Below, one piece after another: positions 34,701 through 43,929 of a DNA stretch of 47,533 nt (the first letter of the stretch is position 1; every line of letters starts with the position of its first letter). This DNA comes from a virus: IMG/VR virus record IMGVR_UViG_2574179724_000001. One strand, written 5' to 3'. The position numbers and the translations under genes were made by a program. A model generated the notes under the pieces. It searched no databases. It was not told the origin of the DNA and worked only from the letters and a program-made list of their open reading frames with translations.

Positions 34701-37700
34701 TAAAACGGCTTTTGAATTAGTTGCAAAAGCAATTGTAACGATGTTGACAGTTAAATTAGTTGCTGGCGGTTTAGATAAAGGCGTGGGACTAGTTGGAAAA
34801 TTAGCAGATAGTGCAACTATATTATCTGGTAATAAACATTTGTTAATGGACTTTTTTGGAAAAATAACAGGACTATCCGATTTGAAGTCGGCAGTTACAA
34901 ATCTAAAAACTATAAAAGATGTTACAAAAGAACTTGTAGTCCAAAATTGGCAGAATTTTGTGACAGATGCTAAAAATCTTGCAAGCGTAACATGGTCATC
35001 ATTTACGAAAATTGGAACACTTATAATTGATTTGTCAAAGGCTACATGGGGAGAATTTATGACCTATGTTAGCGGAATGAAAAAGTTAGCGCAAATGAGT
35101 TGGTCGGGATTAGTCACAGCTGCTTCAGCAATCAAAAACTGGGGTGGATGGGCTAAACTCGCCGCGGCAGGACAAGTTATTTTAAATGCTGCTATGGACT
35201 TGAACCCTTATGTACTGTTAGCTGCTGCAGTGGCAGCAGTTGTAGTTGGACTAGTTGCACTGTACAAGCATGATAAGAAGTTTCAGAAGTTCTGTAATGA
35301 TGTGTACAAGTCGATTACTAAGTGGATGGGTGATTCACTAACTTGGCTTAGGAAAAACTGGGTGCAAGCAACTGTAACGATCATCAATCCCATTGCAGGA
35401 GTAGCTCTTTGGTTTCTAAAAGATACCTCTGTCGGTAAGAGCATTATAAAGTGGGCTGCCTCATTGCCTGGCAAAGCGGCTGGTTGGGCTAAATCAGTTG
35501 GTCCTGAAATTAATCAGCATATCAGCGACGCTAAAAAAGATATCCAAAAAGCAGGTAAAAACGTTGGCGATTGGTTCAACGGCTTCCAGCCTGATGCCAA
35601 TCGAGAATTATCTAATTGGGCTGGTGGATTAGGCCAGTTAGTCAGTGACGCGATTAATGGAACTAAAGACAAAGCATCTGATGCTAAAAAGCTAGTTCAA
35701 AATGCAGGGCAAAATATTGGCACTTGGATCAATGGTTTTCAATCCGATGCAAATAAAGTGATGTCTAGTTGGGCATCTAGCCTCGGGCAGCTGATACATG
35801 ATGCTATATCAGGAGCCAAAAGCAAAGCGTCAAGTGTTGAAAATCTTGTTACAGAGGCTGGTGCTTTAATTGGAAATTGGGTTAATGAATTCCATGACAG
35901 TGCCAACAAGACAATGTCATCATGGGCTAGTGGGCTAGGAACTTTCGTAAGGAATGGAATAAACGGTTCTCAGACACTAGCTCAACAAGCTGGGTCCGCA
36001 CTTGGAAATTGGGTCAATGACTTCCGTAGCAACGCTAGCCGCACGGCAAGTAACTGGGCTTCTTCACTAGGAAACACAGTTAGAAATGGTATCAATGGTG
36101 CTAGAGATTTAGCGCAAAACGCTGGTTCGGCATTAGGTGGTTGGGTCAATGACTTCAGAAACAATGCAAGTAATACGCTAAACAACTGGGCTAGCAGCCT
36201 AGGTGGAACAGTTAGAAATGGCATCAATGGTGCACGCTCATTAGCTGAAAGTGCTGGCTCTGCAATTGGAAGTTGGATTTCTAATTTCCGTGGTGGAACA
36301 GCCCAAACATTATTTAATTGGGCAGGTAACCTAGGCGGAAGTATTGCTACAGGAATTAGAAATGGCTTAAGTGCTATCAAAAGTGCTATGAATGATGTTG
36401 CTGATACAATTAAATCTCCCGTAAAGTCTGCTGTTAATAAAGTTAAGGATGGCATTAATTGGGTTCTTAACAAAGTTGGTGCTGGTAGTCCCAGCTGGGG
36501 CTGGTTCAATTGGGCCAAAGGCACTAACAGCCACCCTGGTGGCTTGGCTATGGTTAATGATCAACAAGGACCAAGCTATCGTGAATCATTTGAATTGCCA
36601 AACGGGAAAAAGGGGATTTTCCCAGATGTGAGAAACTTAGTCTTGCCACTGCCTAAGGGTACGAAAGTTAAAACTGCCTCTGAAACTCAAAAAACTATGA
36701 GCCATATTATGCCACATTATGCTAGCGGCATTGGCTCATTCGATTTTGACTTTAGTGGGCTCGATGCTCTATCTAAAATCAATTGGGGTGACCTGTTTAG
36801 TGGAATTGGTAGTGGAATCGGAAACATTTGGGATGGTGTCACTGATGAGTTTGACAGCATTTTGTCAGATATATCACATCCAAAAAAACTGCTAGATTAT
36901 ATGGTTAATAAGTTTATGACTTATGACTGGGGTTGGTCTGGCACACAAACTAAGCTAGCCAAAGGCACTGTCGGAACATTAGAAAATGGTTTAACAGGCT
37001 GGGCTAAAAACATTATGAAGAAATTTGGCATTGGCACTCAAACTGGCCCTGGTGCAACAGGGTGGACAGATGCTGTTAAAAAAGCTCTTGCTAAGCTAGG
37101 TTTACCAACAACTTCTGATTATGTTAGTGCTTGGGTAAAACAGATCCAGACTGAATCAGGCGGAAACGAAAAAGCAATGGGTGGCAACGACGGCTTATCA
37201 GACGGCAACGCTGAGGGATTATTGCAAGTTAAACCGCCTACTTTCGCCGCTTACCACTTATCGGGCTTTAATGATATATGGAAAGGCTACGATAACATGC
37301 TGGCTGGCATTAACTATGCTAGACACCGCTATGGAGTATCAGGAATGCTAGATGTAATCGGTCATGGTCATGGCTACGAAAATGGTGGTTACGGAGATCA
37401 GCAAGGCTTGTACCCGTTGTTCGAAGGCAATAAGCCTGAAATAGTTTTACCGTTGACTAATAAGGAACGGACGTTAAGCCTGATCCAACAAGCATTAAAA
37501 TTTATCGGCATGAACTTTAGCAATGGTTTTCAAATGCCGTCAAGCCTAACTGCTCAAACAAGTTTGACTAGTTCAAGTTCAGTATCTAATGAGCAAAACA
37601 CAGCAACAGCTGGCGTAACAAGTGGTGGAATTAATGAACTTGGTAGCACTATTGTTAATGCTTTGCTTCAAGGATTGCAGATGAGCAGCTTGAATGGCAC

Positions 37701-37827
37701 GGCTTCAGATAATCCAATCAACATTAATCTGACAGTAAACATGGACAGTGACCAGCTCGGGCAAGCGGCTATCAAAGGTATTAATTCGGTTAACGCTAAG
37801 AACCATCGCAATATGTTAAATCTTTAG
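31735..37827 (+). CDS. Tape measure protein with internal repeat arrays and a C-terminal lytic transglycosylase domain
   Basis: About 2030 aa. TM-like central helices. Repeat families NWASSLG...RNGINGA and AKAF..AWEKGNAGT. SLT motif IQTESGGNEKAM...AEGLLQVKPPTF. GTG 31735 has better RBS spacing than GTG 31726. Confidence 0.9.
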   Translation: MELEELEVLFKVNTAQIQPMLDKLQEAFSNVTGKIADTTKSGMQKTEDSMNISSGLKKVQEQIKQLNETVSTSFEKMSDTTKSDAAKISQNASKMFSGTKQKVSTDLQSIVSEINTKMQQARAAQAKVNELLGRKNSLSNEQQNGKQGVKIDNQVASAQAQMTRYQNQAKALAQAMQREFNAIPDSLKRISTAMDQNEGKINTLRSQLKRLQQSYEDVQGAAQVAPGNKRTQANLTSLEKSMMSTRDKMNKLISGNDELAQSYAYIEDRAKPLKAALAQVDTELGSTAAVASKSSSVFSRLGGSMGNFGNRMRNIGSSIREATSGMRLFGSSSEMSMNRASRAGRSCYGVLSSIRQQLVFLPSMLLVYGLLYNGITNMASGMLSALKTNQQFATSLNQIKVNLLTAFYPIYSAVLPAINAMMSAISKATSWIAQFTSALFGMNYSTAKKGASSLYSQIQAMNDTSSASSKSSKAIKEANKQITASNKANAEAVKKANEQIKASNRTGAAQVKEANKQITASNKAAEASYEQQKKAAQDLADSLMGFDELNILDKNQSNDIQKPDKQSLESYDSQPTESSPDSQSLESSDDDGDSGDNGINFDTPNTVFGSAGDAAKELQKILGELFDPMKEAWDAKGQAVMDAAEYAWKELEHAVEDVGKSFMHVWDNGTGEKTVENLLQLLADMLNIIGDIAKAFSEAWEKNDAGTKLIQTIFNSLNDVLKLIHDIATSFRQAFNDNNLGEQIFSNLIKLATTLADIVGDFAKAFDAAWEKGNAGTNLFKAILNLANQVLVLLNNIATSFRNAFNDGTGEKIFSNILGIATDVFKIIGNFVGQFDKAWQHGNTGTSIFKTLLGMVNDMLGALKDMADYTVTWAKKLDFSPLLQSIDNLLQAIRPIAKDVWDGVAWGYENVLLPLAKFTITELVPNFLNLLAAALKLVGSIINAAKPAFQWIWDSFFEPIAKWTGGVIVGVMKDLTSIMSGLADVIDKHKTAFELVAKAIVTMLTVKLVAGGLDKGVGLVGKLADSATILSGNKHLLMDFFGKITGLSDLKSAVTNLKTIKDVTKELVVQNWQNFVTDAKNLASVTWSSFTKIGTLIIDLSKATWGEFMTYVSGMKKLAQMSWSGLVTAASAIKNWGGWAKLAAAGQVILNAAMDLNPYVLLAAAVAAVVVGLVALYKHDKKFQKFCNDVYKSITKWMGDSLTWLRKNWVQATVTIINPIAGVALWFLKDTSVGKSIIKWAASLPGKAAGWAKSVGPEINQHISDAKKDIQKAGKNVGDWFNGFQPDANRELSNWAGGLGQLVSDAINGTKDKASDAKKLVQNAGQNIGTWINGFQSDANKVMSSWASSLGQLIHDAISGAKSKASSVENLVTEAGALIGNWVNEFHDSANKTMSSWASGLGTFVRNGINGSQTLAQQAGSALGNWVNDFRSNASRTASNWASSLGNTVRNGINGARDLAQNAGSALGGWVNDFRNNASNTLNNWASSLGGTVRNGINGARSLAESAGSAIGSWISNFRGGTAQTLFNWAGNLGGSIATGIRNGLSAIKSAMNDVADTIKSPVKSAVNKVKDGINWVLNKVGAGSPSWGWFNWAKGTNSHPGGLAMVNDQQGPSYRESFELPNGKKGIFPDVRNLVLPLPKGTKVKTASETQKTMSHIMPHYASGIGSFDFDFSGLDALSKINWGDLFSGIGSGIGNIWDGVTDEFDSILSDISHPKKLLDYMVNKFMTYDWGWSGTQTKLAKGTVGTLENGLTGWAKNIMKKFGIGTQTGPGATGWTDAVKKALAKLGLPTTSDYVSAWVKQIQTESGGNEKAMGGNDGLSDGNAEGLLQVKPPTFAAYHLSGFNDIWKGYDNMLAGINYARHRYGVSGMLDVIGHGHGYENGGYGDQQGLYPLFEGNKPEIVLPLTNKERTLSLIQQALKFIGMNFSNGFQMPSSLTAQTSLTSSSSVSNEQNTATAGVTSGGINELGSTIVNALLQGLQMSSLNGTASDNPININLTVNMDSDQLGQAAIKGINSVNAKNHRNMLNL

Positions 37828-37841
37828 GAGGTGAGTAACTT

Positions 37842-38204
37842 ATGGCTTATTATTTAGCGATAAATGGGGCACAGGTGAAAGCCCCAGCATCATTGGAAGT
37901 GGCGATTCAAGACATTGATACCAAAGCTTCACGCGATGCAAATGGATTACTTCACCGCGACCGTGTGGCCATTAAAAGGAAACTCACTGTAAAGTGGGGT
38001 CCATTAACTGTTTCTGAATGTAGTGTGATTCTAAAAGCTATATCAGGGCAGTTTTTTTCTTGCACATATCTTGACCCGCAAGAGGGTAGCATGGTTACCA
38101 AAACGTTTTATACAGGCGACCGAACAACGCCAGTTTATACTTTCAATCCAGATACATTGGAGTATATTTGGCAAAACTTGTCGGCCGACTTTATCGAACA
38201 GTAG
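37842..38204 (+). CDS. Short distal-tail-type protein (hypothetical tail component)
   Basis: 120 aa between the tape measure and the large fibre gene. AGGAGGTG RBS. Assigned by position. Confidence 0.45.
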   Translation: MAYYLAINGAQVKAPASLEVAIQDIDTKASRDANGLLHRDRVAIKRKLTVKWGPLTVSECSVILKAISGQFFSCTYLDPQEGSMVTKTFYTGDRTTPVYTFNPDTLEYIWQNLSADFIEQ

Positions 38205-38220
38205 GAGGTGAAATTAAAAA

Positions 38221-41200
38221 ATGTATAAACAAAGTGATGCGGCAATTGTCGCTTGGCGTGCAACCGAGCGAACGCTTGATGGAAAGGTTACCATTACAGA
38301 TAGTAATGGTAATGAAACTAATTATGGAACCAGTGATATAACTTCGATTGCCTATGATTCGGGTGCGTGGACTGGCGATACTTTTAGTATTGGTTCAACT
38401 TATGAAAACAATATAACTGTCACTTTTGCTCATCTAGTTGAAGGGCTAAAACAAGGATATAAAGTAACAGCTAAAATAGGAATTAAATTGCCTGATGGGA
38501 CTTATGAATATTGTCCATTGGGTGTTTTTATTATTAGCGATGAAATCACGATGGATCGAAACAACGATGCAACGACCATCAAAGCTTATGACCAATTTTG
38601 CACCATGCAAGGAACATACACATCTAAGCTAACTTATCCAGCTAAGATTACTGATGTGATTGCTGAAATAGCTAACATGTCAGGTGTAGAGCTGAACACT
38701 GATGACATTGCAGAATTGCCTACTCAGACTGATTTAGCAAGTGCAATTAGTGGTCAAACTTACTGCACAGCAATTGGCTGGATAGCACAGTTTTATGGTG
38801 GTTTTGCCACTTTTGACCGTGATGGAAAGCTAACAATCAGAACAGTTACTGATGCAAGCTATATTTTAGATGCTAGCCAGTATGAGCAGAGTGGATTAAC
38901 TAAAAACGAAGCTACGTATCAAATTGGCGGTATGTCTGTATCAGTTACAACAACCACTACTGATTCAACTGGAGAAAGTAGTGAAACAACGTCAACTTTA
39001 ACTGCCGGCGAAACTACTGGTTCGCAAATTGAATTAACCAATAACGTTATGACACAAGCAAGGTTGGATAGTATTTGGTCAGCAATTAAGGATATTACGT
39101 TTTATCCATACTCATTAACGTGGTTTGGCAATCCAGCTATTGAAGCTGGTGACTGGCTAACCTTGAAAGATACAGCTGGTAATAGTTTTAATGTGCCTAA
39201 TAATTCATACACTATGACCTTTGACGGTGGATTAACAGCAACTTCTAAAGCTGACCAAACATCAACTTCAAGCAGCAGTTACTCATACTCAGGTGCACTA
39301 TCGCAGACAGTAAAACAATTAGCCGGTCGGCAAGGTGCTACAGGTAACTACATTTTCGGTACTGATACGACTGTTGAGCCGACTACAGCTAAGATTGGAG
39401 ACCTGTGGTACAAGCAAAACGGTAATCAAGTCGAAATGTGGCAATATGTAAAACAGTCTGATGGTACCGGTAAATGGGAATTAATTGTATCTGATGCCAC
39501 TGGCGAGGAAATTAAAGCAAACGTTGATAAGGCTATGGCCGAAGCAGATACAGCTACAAAGAATGCTAATACGGCTGTTGATACGGCTAATTCAGCACTG
39601 ACTAAAGCACAAACTGCAATCAATAATGCGCAAACTGCAAGTGACGCAGCAAATGATGCTACTACGGTGGCTAGTAATGCTATATCACAAGCAACGAGTG
39701 CCTCAAATGTAGCAAATAATGTTAATGAAGAAATAACAACGTTAAAAGGTGGATCAACAGCTACCATAGCAGAATTAGAAGACGGACTAGCGTTAAAGCT
39801 TTCAACGAGTGATTTCGATACTCAAATTGCTAATTATGCTACTCAAACTTGGACTACTGATCAAATCACAGCAACTGCAACAAGTTTAAGTAGTACGATT
39901 TCCAGCGTACAAACACAAGTGAACAATAGCGCTGTGGGGACTAATTTGCTTGTTGGAACCTCAGACACCCTGCAAACTGTTCCAGCTTCTTCAAATAAGT
40001 ACGCTGGTGGGACTATTTATATTTTTACATCTTCTGAGCTGCCTTCATTGGTAGGACAGACCTGCACTTTAAGAGTATTTATCCATAATACTTCTTCTTA
40101 TGCTGTTAGAGTAACTTTATATGGTAAAAGTTCAAATTTTGCTTCTAGGATTGGTTCCGCGATTGCTGCTAATAGTGATGGGTATTCCACAGTTACTTTT
40201 TCAAATACTAGTTCTAGTGATATATCTGGCGATATTTCTATAAGAGCTTGGGATGATAATACTGCTACTTCTGGAGTACAATACAAAGACCTAAAGCTAG
40301 AAAAAGGCAGTGTTGCTACTGACTATTCTGCGAATCCAGCGGACAACGCTACAGTTACATCGGTAACAAACTTAACACAAACGGTCAGCTCACTATCCAC
40401 AACTGTATCAGGCAAAGTAGATACTACCACGTATACGTCTAAGATTACAGAACTGGCTAGCTCGATAGCTACGAAAGTGTCGCAAGCCGATTACAACACG
40501 AAGATTACACAGCTAAGTACAGCTATTGACGCTAAGGTTGCCACAACAGATTACAACACGGAAGTAACACTGCTTAGTAATCAGATAAACTCTAAAGTCA
40601 GTCAGTCAGATTGGGCAAACAGTGCGGTGGGTGTAAACTTAGTGCCTAACTCAAGCGCTGATGTCAGTGGAATTGCATATGGTAGCAATAGTGTACTAGG
40701 AAAACATAGTTTTTATAATGGCGGCAATTCGTATTTAAACATTATTCACAATACAAAAACTTCAGAAATAACTTCTAGTTCAGGACGTTTCTTTATTACA
40801 GCTGGTGGAACATATACTCTAAGCTTTAAAGCTTTCAATAATAGTCTATTGACTAGCTGTGACGTATGGTTATTGGGCAGACCAAACTCAAACACCACTG
40901 ATGACTATACAGTTGCACAGCAATTGGTAACTACTGTCAAATTTTCTACAGCCTCGGTTCAATATTACAAAGTTACATTCACTGTTAAGTTAGGAATTGA
41001 AAATGCCTACTTACGTTTTGATAACAATGGTACTTCTACCAGTGGTTCAAGTGCCGATTTATACTTTAATGAAGTAAAAATTGAAACTGGTTCTACAGCA
41101 ACGCCATGGTGCCCCGCTGTTTCTGAAATAACTAATTATTCCCAAATCCAGCAACTTTCCGATAACATTAACTTACGTGTTGTTAAGAATGATGTTATTA

Positions 41201-42462
41201 ACCAAATCAATATTTCTACAGAAGGAATTTTAATTGCTGGCAACAAAGTTCACATCACCGGCTCAACTACGATAGACAATGCTGTAATCAAGTCAGCGAT
41301 GATCGATTCAATCTCCGCGGACAAAATTACAGCTGGCACGCTGAATGCGGCGAACGTTAATGTGATTAACTTGAATGCAAACAATATCAGTAGTGGGACA
41401 TTAACAGGTGTATCTTTTCACCAGTCTAGTTCAGGTCATGACACCTGGATAGATGGTAATGGTGTCCATGATTATGATGGCTCAGGAAATAATGCGTGGA
41501 TACAGAAAGGAACATTGCAGGTCTATGATAAAAACGGCGATGGTTTTTTCATGGACAGTGGTAAGTTAGAACTTACAAGTCAATATCTCTGGCAACAGGG
41601 ACAGTCCGTTAAATACGGATTAATAAAATTAGATGACGATATTCTTGCATTAGGAAAAGCAGGAATGCACATTCAGGGATATAACGGACTTAGACTTGAT
41701 ACAGGTCATTCCATGTTCGATGGTCTAACGGGTGCACTCGATGATAATTACACGGGGGCAGCTATAAATTTATCAGATAATGGTCAAATTGCAATAGGTA
41801 GTTATGCAGAGACATGGCTTAGTGCTGGTGCTCCGTATACTATGGCCGATAATAGTTCTCTGACTCAGAAGCCTAATATTTATATTGGGACAGCCATGTG
41901 GGATGATCGCTCAACTGTTGGACGTGGGCAGAATATTATTATGCAAGCTAATGGCATAATACTACAAACTCATGGTGAAATAAAACTTAAACCAAATAAT
42001 GGTGACCTCTGGCTTGGTTATGCTCGTATTAACACTGGTAGTGATACAAACACCTGGTATTCAGGGCCAACTGGCACAGCATGGTGGTTTAGAACTTATG
42101 GTGGTGACATGGCGACCATTCACGTTCAGTCCGTTGCGCAATCATCATTGTTAAGCTTAAAAACAAATCTTAACAAGTTAGATCCAGCTAAAGCATTGGC
42201 AACATTAACAAATACAGATATATGCAGTTACAATTACAAATCTGATTTAAAAAATGGAATATCTAAAACCTATGCAACAGCGGTTATCGATGATGTTAAT
42301 GATAAGCCACAGTATAATACGCCATATGATTTCATTAGTGCTGACGGAACCGGACGTGACGATGGAACAATTTTAGGATATGCAGTTGCGGCTATCCAAG
42401 AACTAAATAGTAAAATAACTAGTCTCGAAACGGAAATCAAACAATTAAAAGGAGCAGCATAA
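38221..42462 (+). CDS. Tail-associated / host-specificity fibre protein with a C-terminal S74 intramolecular chaperone domain
   Basis: 1413 aa. Tal-like N-terminus, Ala/Thr/Asn-rich coiled stalk, two globular insertions. The C-terminal SLLSLKTNL...DGTILGYAVAAIQELNSKITSLETEIKQLK is typical of the auto-cleaving chaperone. Confidence 0.85.
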   Translation: MYKQSDAAIVAWRATERTLDGKVTITDSNGNETNYGTSDITSIAYDSGAWTGDTFSIGSTYENNITVTFAHLVEGLKQGYKVTAKIGIKLPDGTYEYCPLGVFIISDEITMDRNNDATTIKAYDQFCTMQGTYTSKLTYPAKITDVIAEIANMSGVELNTDDIAELPTQTDLASAISGQTYCTAIGWIAQFYGGFATFDRDGKLTIRTVTDASYILDASQYEQSGLTKNEATYQIGGMSVSVTTTTTDSTGESSETTSTLTAGETTGSQIELTNNVMTQARLDSIWSAIKDITFYPYSLTWFGNPAIEAGDWLTLKDTAGNSFNVPNNSYTMTFDGGLTATSKADQTSTSSSSYSYSGALSQTVKQLAGRQGATGNYIFGTDTTVEPTTAKIGDLWYKQNGNQVEMWQYVKQSDGTGKWELIVSDATGEEIKANVDKAMAEADTATKNANTAVDTANSALTKAQTAINNAQTASDAANDATTVASNAISQATSASNVANNVNEEITTLKGGSTATIAELEDGLALKLSTSDFDTQIANYATQTWTTDQITATATSLSSTISSVQTQVNNSAVGTNLLVGTSDTLQTVPASSNKYAGGTIYIFTSSELPSLVGQTCTLRVFIHNTSSYAVRVTLYGKSSNFASRIGSAIAANSDGYSTVTFSNTSSSDISGDISIRAWDDNTATSGVQYKDLKLEKGSVATDYSANPADNATVTSVTNLTQTVSSLSTTVSGKVDTTTYTSKITELASSIATKVSQADYNTKITQLSTAIDAKVATTDYNTEVTLLSNQINSKVSQSDWANSAVGVNLVPNSSADVSGIAYGSNSVLGKHSFYNGGNSYLNIIHNTKTSEITSSSGRFFITAGGTYTLSFKAFNNSLLTSCDVWLLGRPNSNTTDDYTVAQQLVTTVKFSTASVQYYKVTFTVKLGIENAYLRFDNNGTSTSGSSADLYFNEVKIETGSTATPWCPAVSEITNYSQIQQLSDNINLRVVKNDVINQINISTEGILIAGNKVHITGSTTIDNAVIKSAMIDSISADKITAGTLNAANVNVINLNANNISSGTLTGVSFHQSSSGHDTWIDGNGVHDYDGSGNNAWIQKGTLQVYDKNGDGFFMDSGKLELTSQYLWQQGQSVKYGLIKLDDDILALGKAGMHIQGYNGLRLDTGHSMFDGLTGALDDNYTGAAINLSDNGQIAIGSYAETWLSAGAPYTMADNSSLTQKPNIYIGTAMWDDRSTVGRGQNIIMQANGIILQTHGEIKLKPNNGDLWLGYARINTGSDTNTWYSGPTGTAWWFRTYGGDMATIHVQSVAQSSLLSLKTNLNKLDPAKALATLTNTDICSYNYKSDLKNGISKTYATAVIDDVNDKPQYNTPYDFISADGTGRDDGTILGYAVAAIQELNSKITSLETEIKQLKGAA

Positions 42463-42899
42463 TGACAAAAACAATTAAATTACAGAACGCAGACTTGGTA
42501 CCAGTAGGCAACTTCTTAGGAAAATTAAAACTTAAAGGGAAAGCAAGCCGTGGACGTACTAAGCTAATTAAGCTACTGGAAGATAAAAATAAAGAATACA
42601 ACGAGGACCGCGAGGAAGTTCGTGATCCTTATTTTGAACACGATGATAAAGGCAAACGTGTAACAAAAGATAATGCTTATGTGCTGAAAGACCCAACGAA
42701 AGGGGCTGATTTAAATAAGGAATTAGTTGATTTAGCGAAAGAAGATGCGGTAATTGAGTTCACGGAATATTCAGATAAGTTTCGGGCACTGTATGACGCG
42801 CTTAATGCTTATTCATATGAGTTAGCTGATGCAGATGCGACATTGTACGATTTATTGATGGACGAACTGGAAAACAATTTTAAAAAGGAGAATGATTAA
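42462..42899 (+). CDS. Hypothetical protein (tail/lysis junction)
   Basis: 145 aa. TAATG overlap with the fibre gene. Charged and helical. Confidence 0.6.
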   Translation: MTKTIKLQNADLVPVGNFLGKLKLKGKASRGRTKLIKLLEDKNKEYNEDREEVRDPYFEHDDKGKRVTKDNAYVLKDPTKGADLNKELVDLAKEDAVIEFTEYSDKFRALYDALNAYSYELADADATLYDLLMDELENNFKKEND

Positions 42900-42901
42900 T
42901 T

Positions 42902-43132
42902 ATGACAATTTCACTAAATAGATTAGCATACCAATTTGATAATGATGGTAACACATCAAGTGTTTCAGTTGGCTTGAATGGTTCAGATAGTGGCGATGCG
43001 GTTAGTGCTACTTTACAGATTATTTCTAGTGATTTAGCAACAGGCAAGACTTTCGATGACATGACCAAAGCTGATTTTGAGACACTTGCTAAAGCTAAAT
43101 TGGCTAACTTAACAGCAGTTAAGAGTGCTTAA
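42902..43132 (+). CDS. Hypothetical protein
   Basis: 76 aa. AAGGAG RBS. Confidence 0.55.
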   Translation: MTISLNRLAYQFDNDGNTSSVSVGLNGSDSGDAVSATLQIISSDLATGKTFDDMTKADFETLAKAKLANLTAVKSA

Positions 43133-43147
43133 TAAGGGGCTGGTCGT

Positions 43148-43408
43148 ATGGATGATAAAGGGAAAGACGATGTAAACGTAATCGAGCTGCTAATGGATAT
43201 ACAACAGCGATTAGCGAAAGTCGAAGTTAATACGTCAGGTGTTAATGATACTGCTCGAAAGACAGAGGAAACATATCAGCTTAGCAAGCAAAACGAGCAG
43301 GACATCAAAGATTTAAAATCGAATAGCCAATGGTGGTCACGCACAATGTGGGTGGCTATTTTATTGCCATTAGCTTTATTTGTCGTAGAAAACTTTTTCA
43401 TGAAATAG
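43148..43408 (+). CDS. XhlA-like membrane protein (lysis-associated)
   Basis: N-terminal coiled region and a C-terminal TM helix (WWSRTMWVAILLPLALFVV), as in XhlA-family proteins upstream of holins. Confidence 0.6.
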   Translation: MDDKGKDDVNVIELLMDIQQRLAKVEVNTSGVNDTARKTEETYQLSKQNEQDIKDLKSNSQWWSRTMWVAILLPLALFVVENFFMK

Positions 43409-43419
43409 GAGGATTATCA

Positions 43420-43917
43420 ATGAACGTACAAAATATTTCAGATTTAATTGTCGCGGTTGCAGCCGCAGCTGTGCCGGTAGTATTTGCTTATATCACTAAA
43501 TTTTTAAAGGATAACAAACAAGCGATGTCAATTTTAGACGCAGTAGCTCCGCTTGCTAAAGATGCTGTTGTCGCAGCCGAAAAATTAGGCGTGGATAAAT
43601 ATATTGATGGAGCTGTTAAAAAGTCAAAAGCTGTTGAATATGTAATGAACGGGTTAACAGCACTTGGTTTTGATAAAGTGGATTTAACCATTATCGAAAA
43701 TGCTATCGAAAAAGCCTATGCAGAAGCTAAGGCTACATTGAAAACTGTATATCCGCAGAAAACTGAGGAGCAGCAAGAAAAAGCTGATGAAGCTAATCAA
43801 GCAAAAGCACTTGCTGATGCTAAAGCCAAGAAATTGGAACTTGCAAAATCAGACTTAGAAGCTAAGCAAAAAGCTTTAGCCGATGCACAAAAAGCTGTCG
43901 ATGAGTTGTCTAAATAA
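43420..43917 (+). CDS. Holin (LL-H type), N-terminal TM helix plus a long charged tail
   Basis: TAGGAGG RBS before ATG 43420 (the ORF track opens at 43330). MNVQNISDLIVAVAAAAVPVVFAYI then an A/K/E-rich coiled tail. Directly upstream of the lysin. Confidence 0.7.
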   Translation: MNVQNISDLIVAVAAAAVPVVFAYITKFLKDNKQAMSILDAVAPLAKDAVVAAEKLGVDKYIDGAVKKSKAVEYVMNGLTALGFDKVDLTIIENAIEKAYAEAKATLKTVYPQKTEEQQEKADEANQAKALADAKAKKLELAKSDLEAKQKALADAQKAVDELSK

Positions 43918-43929
43918 GGGGGCTTAAGA

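Noticed and set aside
33480-36567. Long minus-strand ORFs inside the tape-measure gene (33480-33854, 33864-34055, 34098-34310, 34338-34697, 35982-36524, 36367-36567)
   Set aside because: They lie antisense to a strongly supported 2030-aa gene and have no RBS. Their low-complexity Ala/Ser/Leu/Pro-rich translations are typical of the reverse frame of repeat-rich coding DNA.
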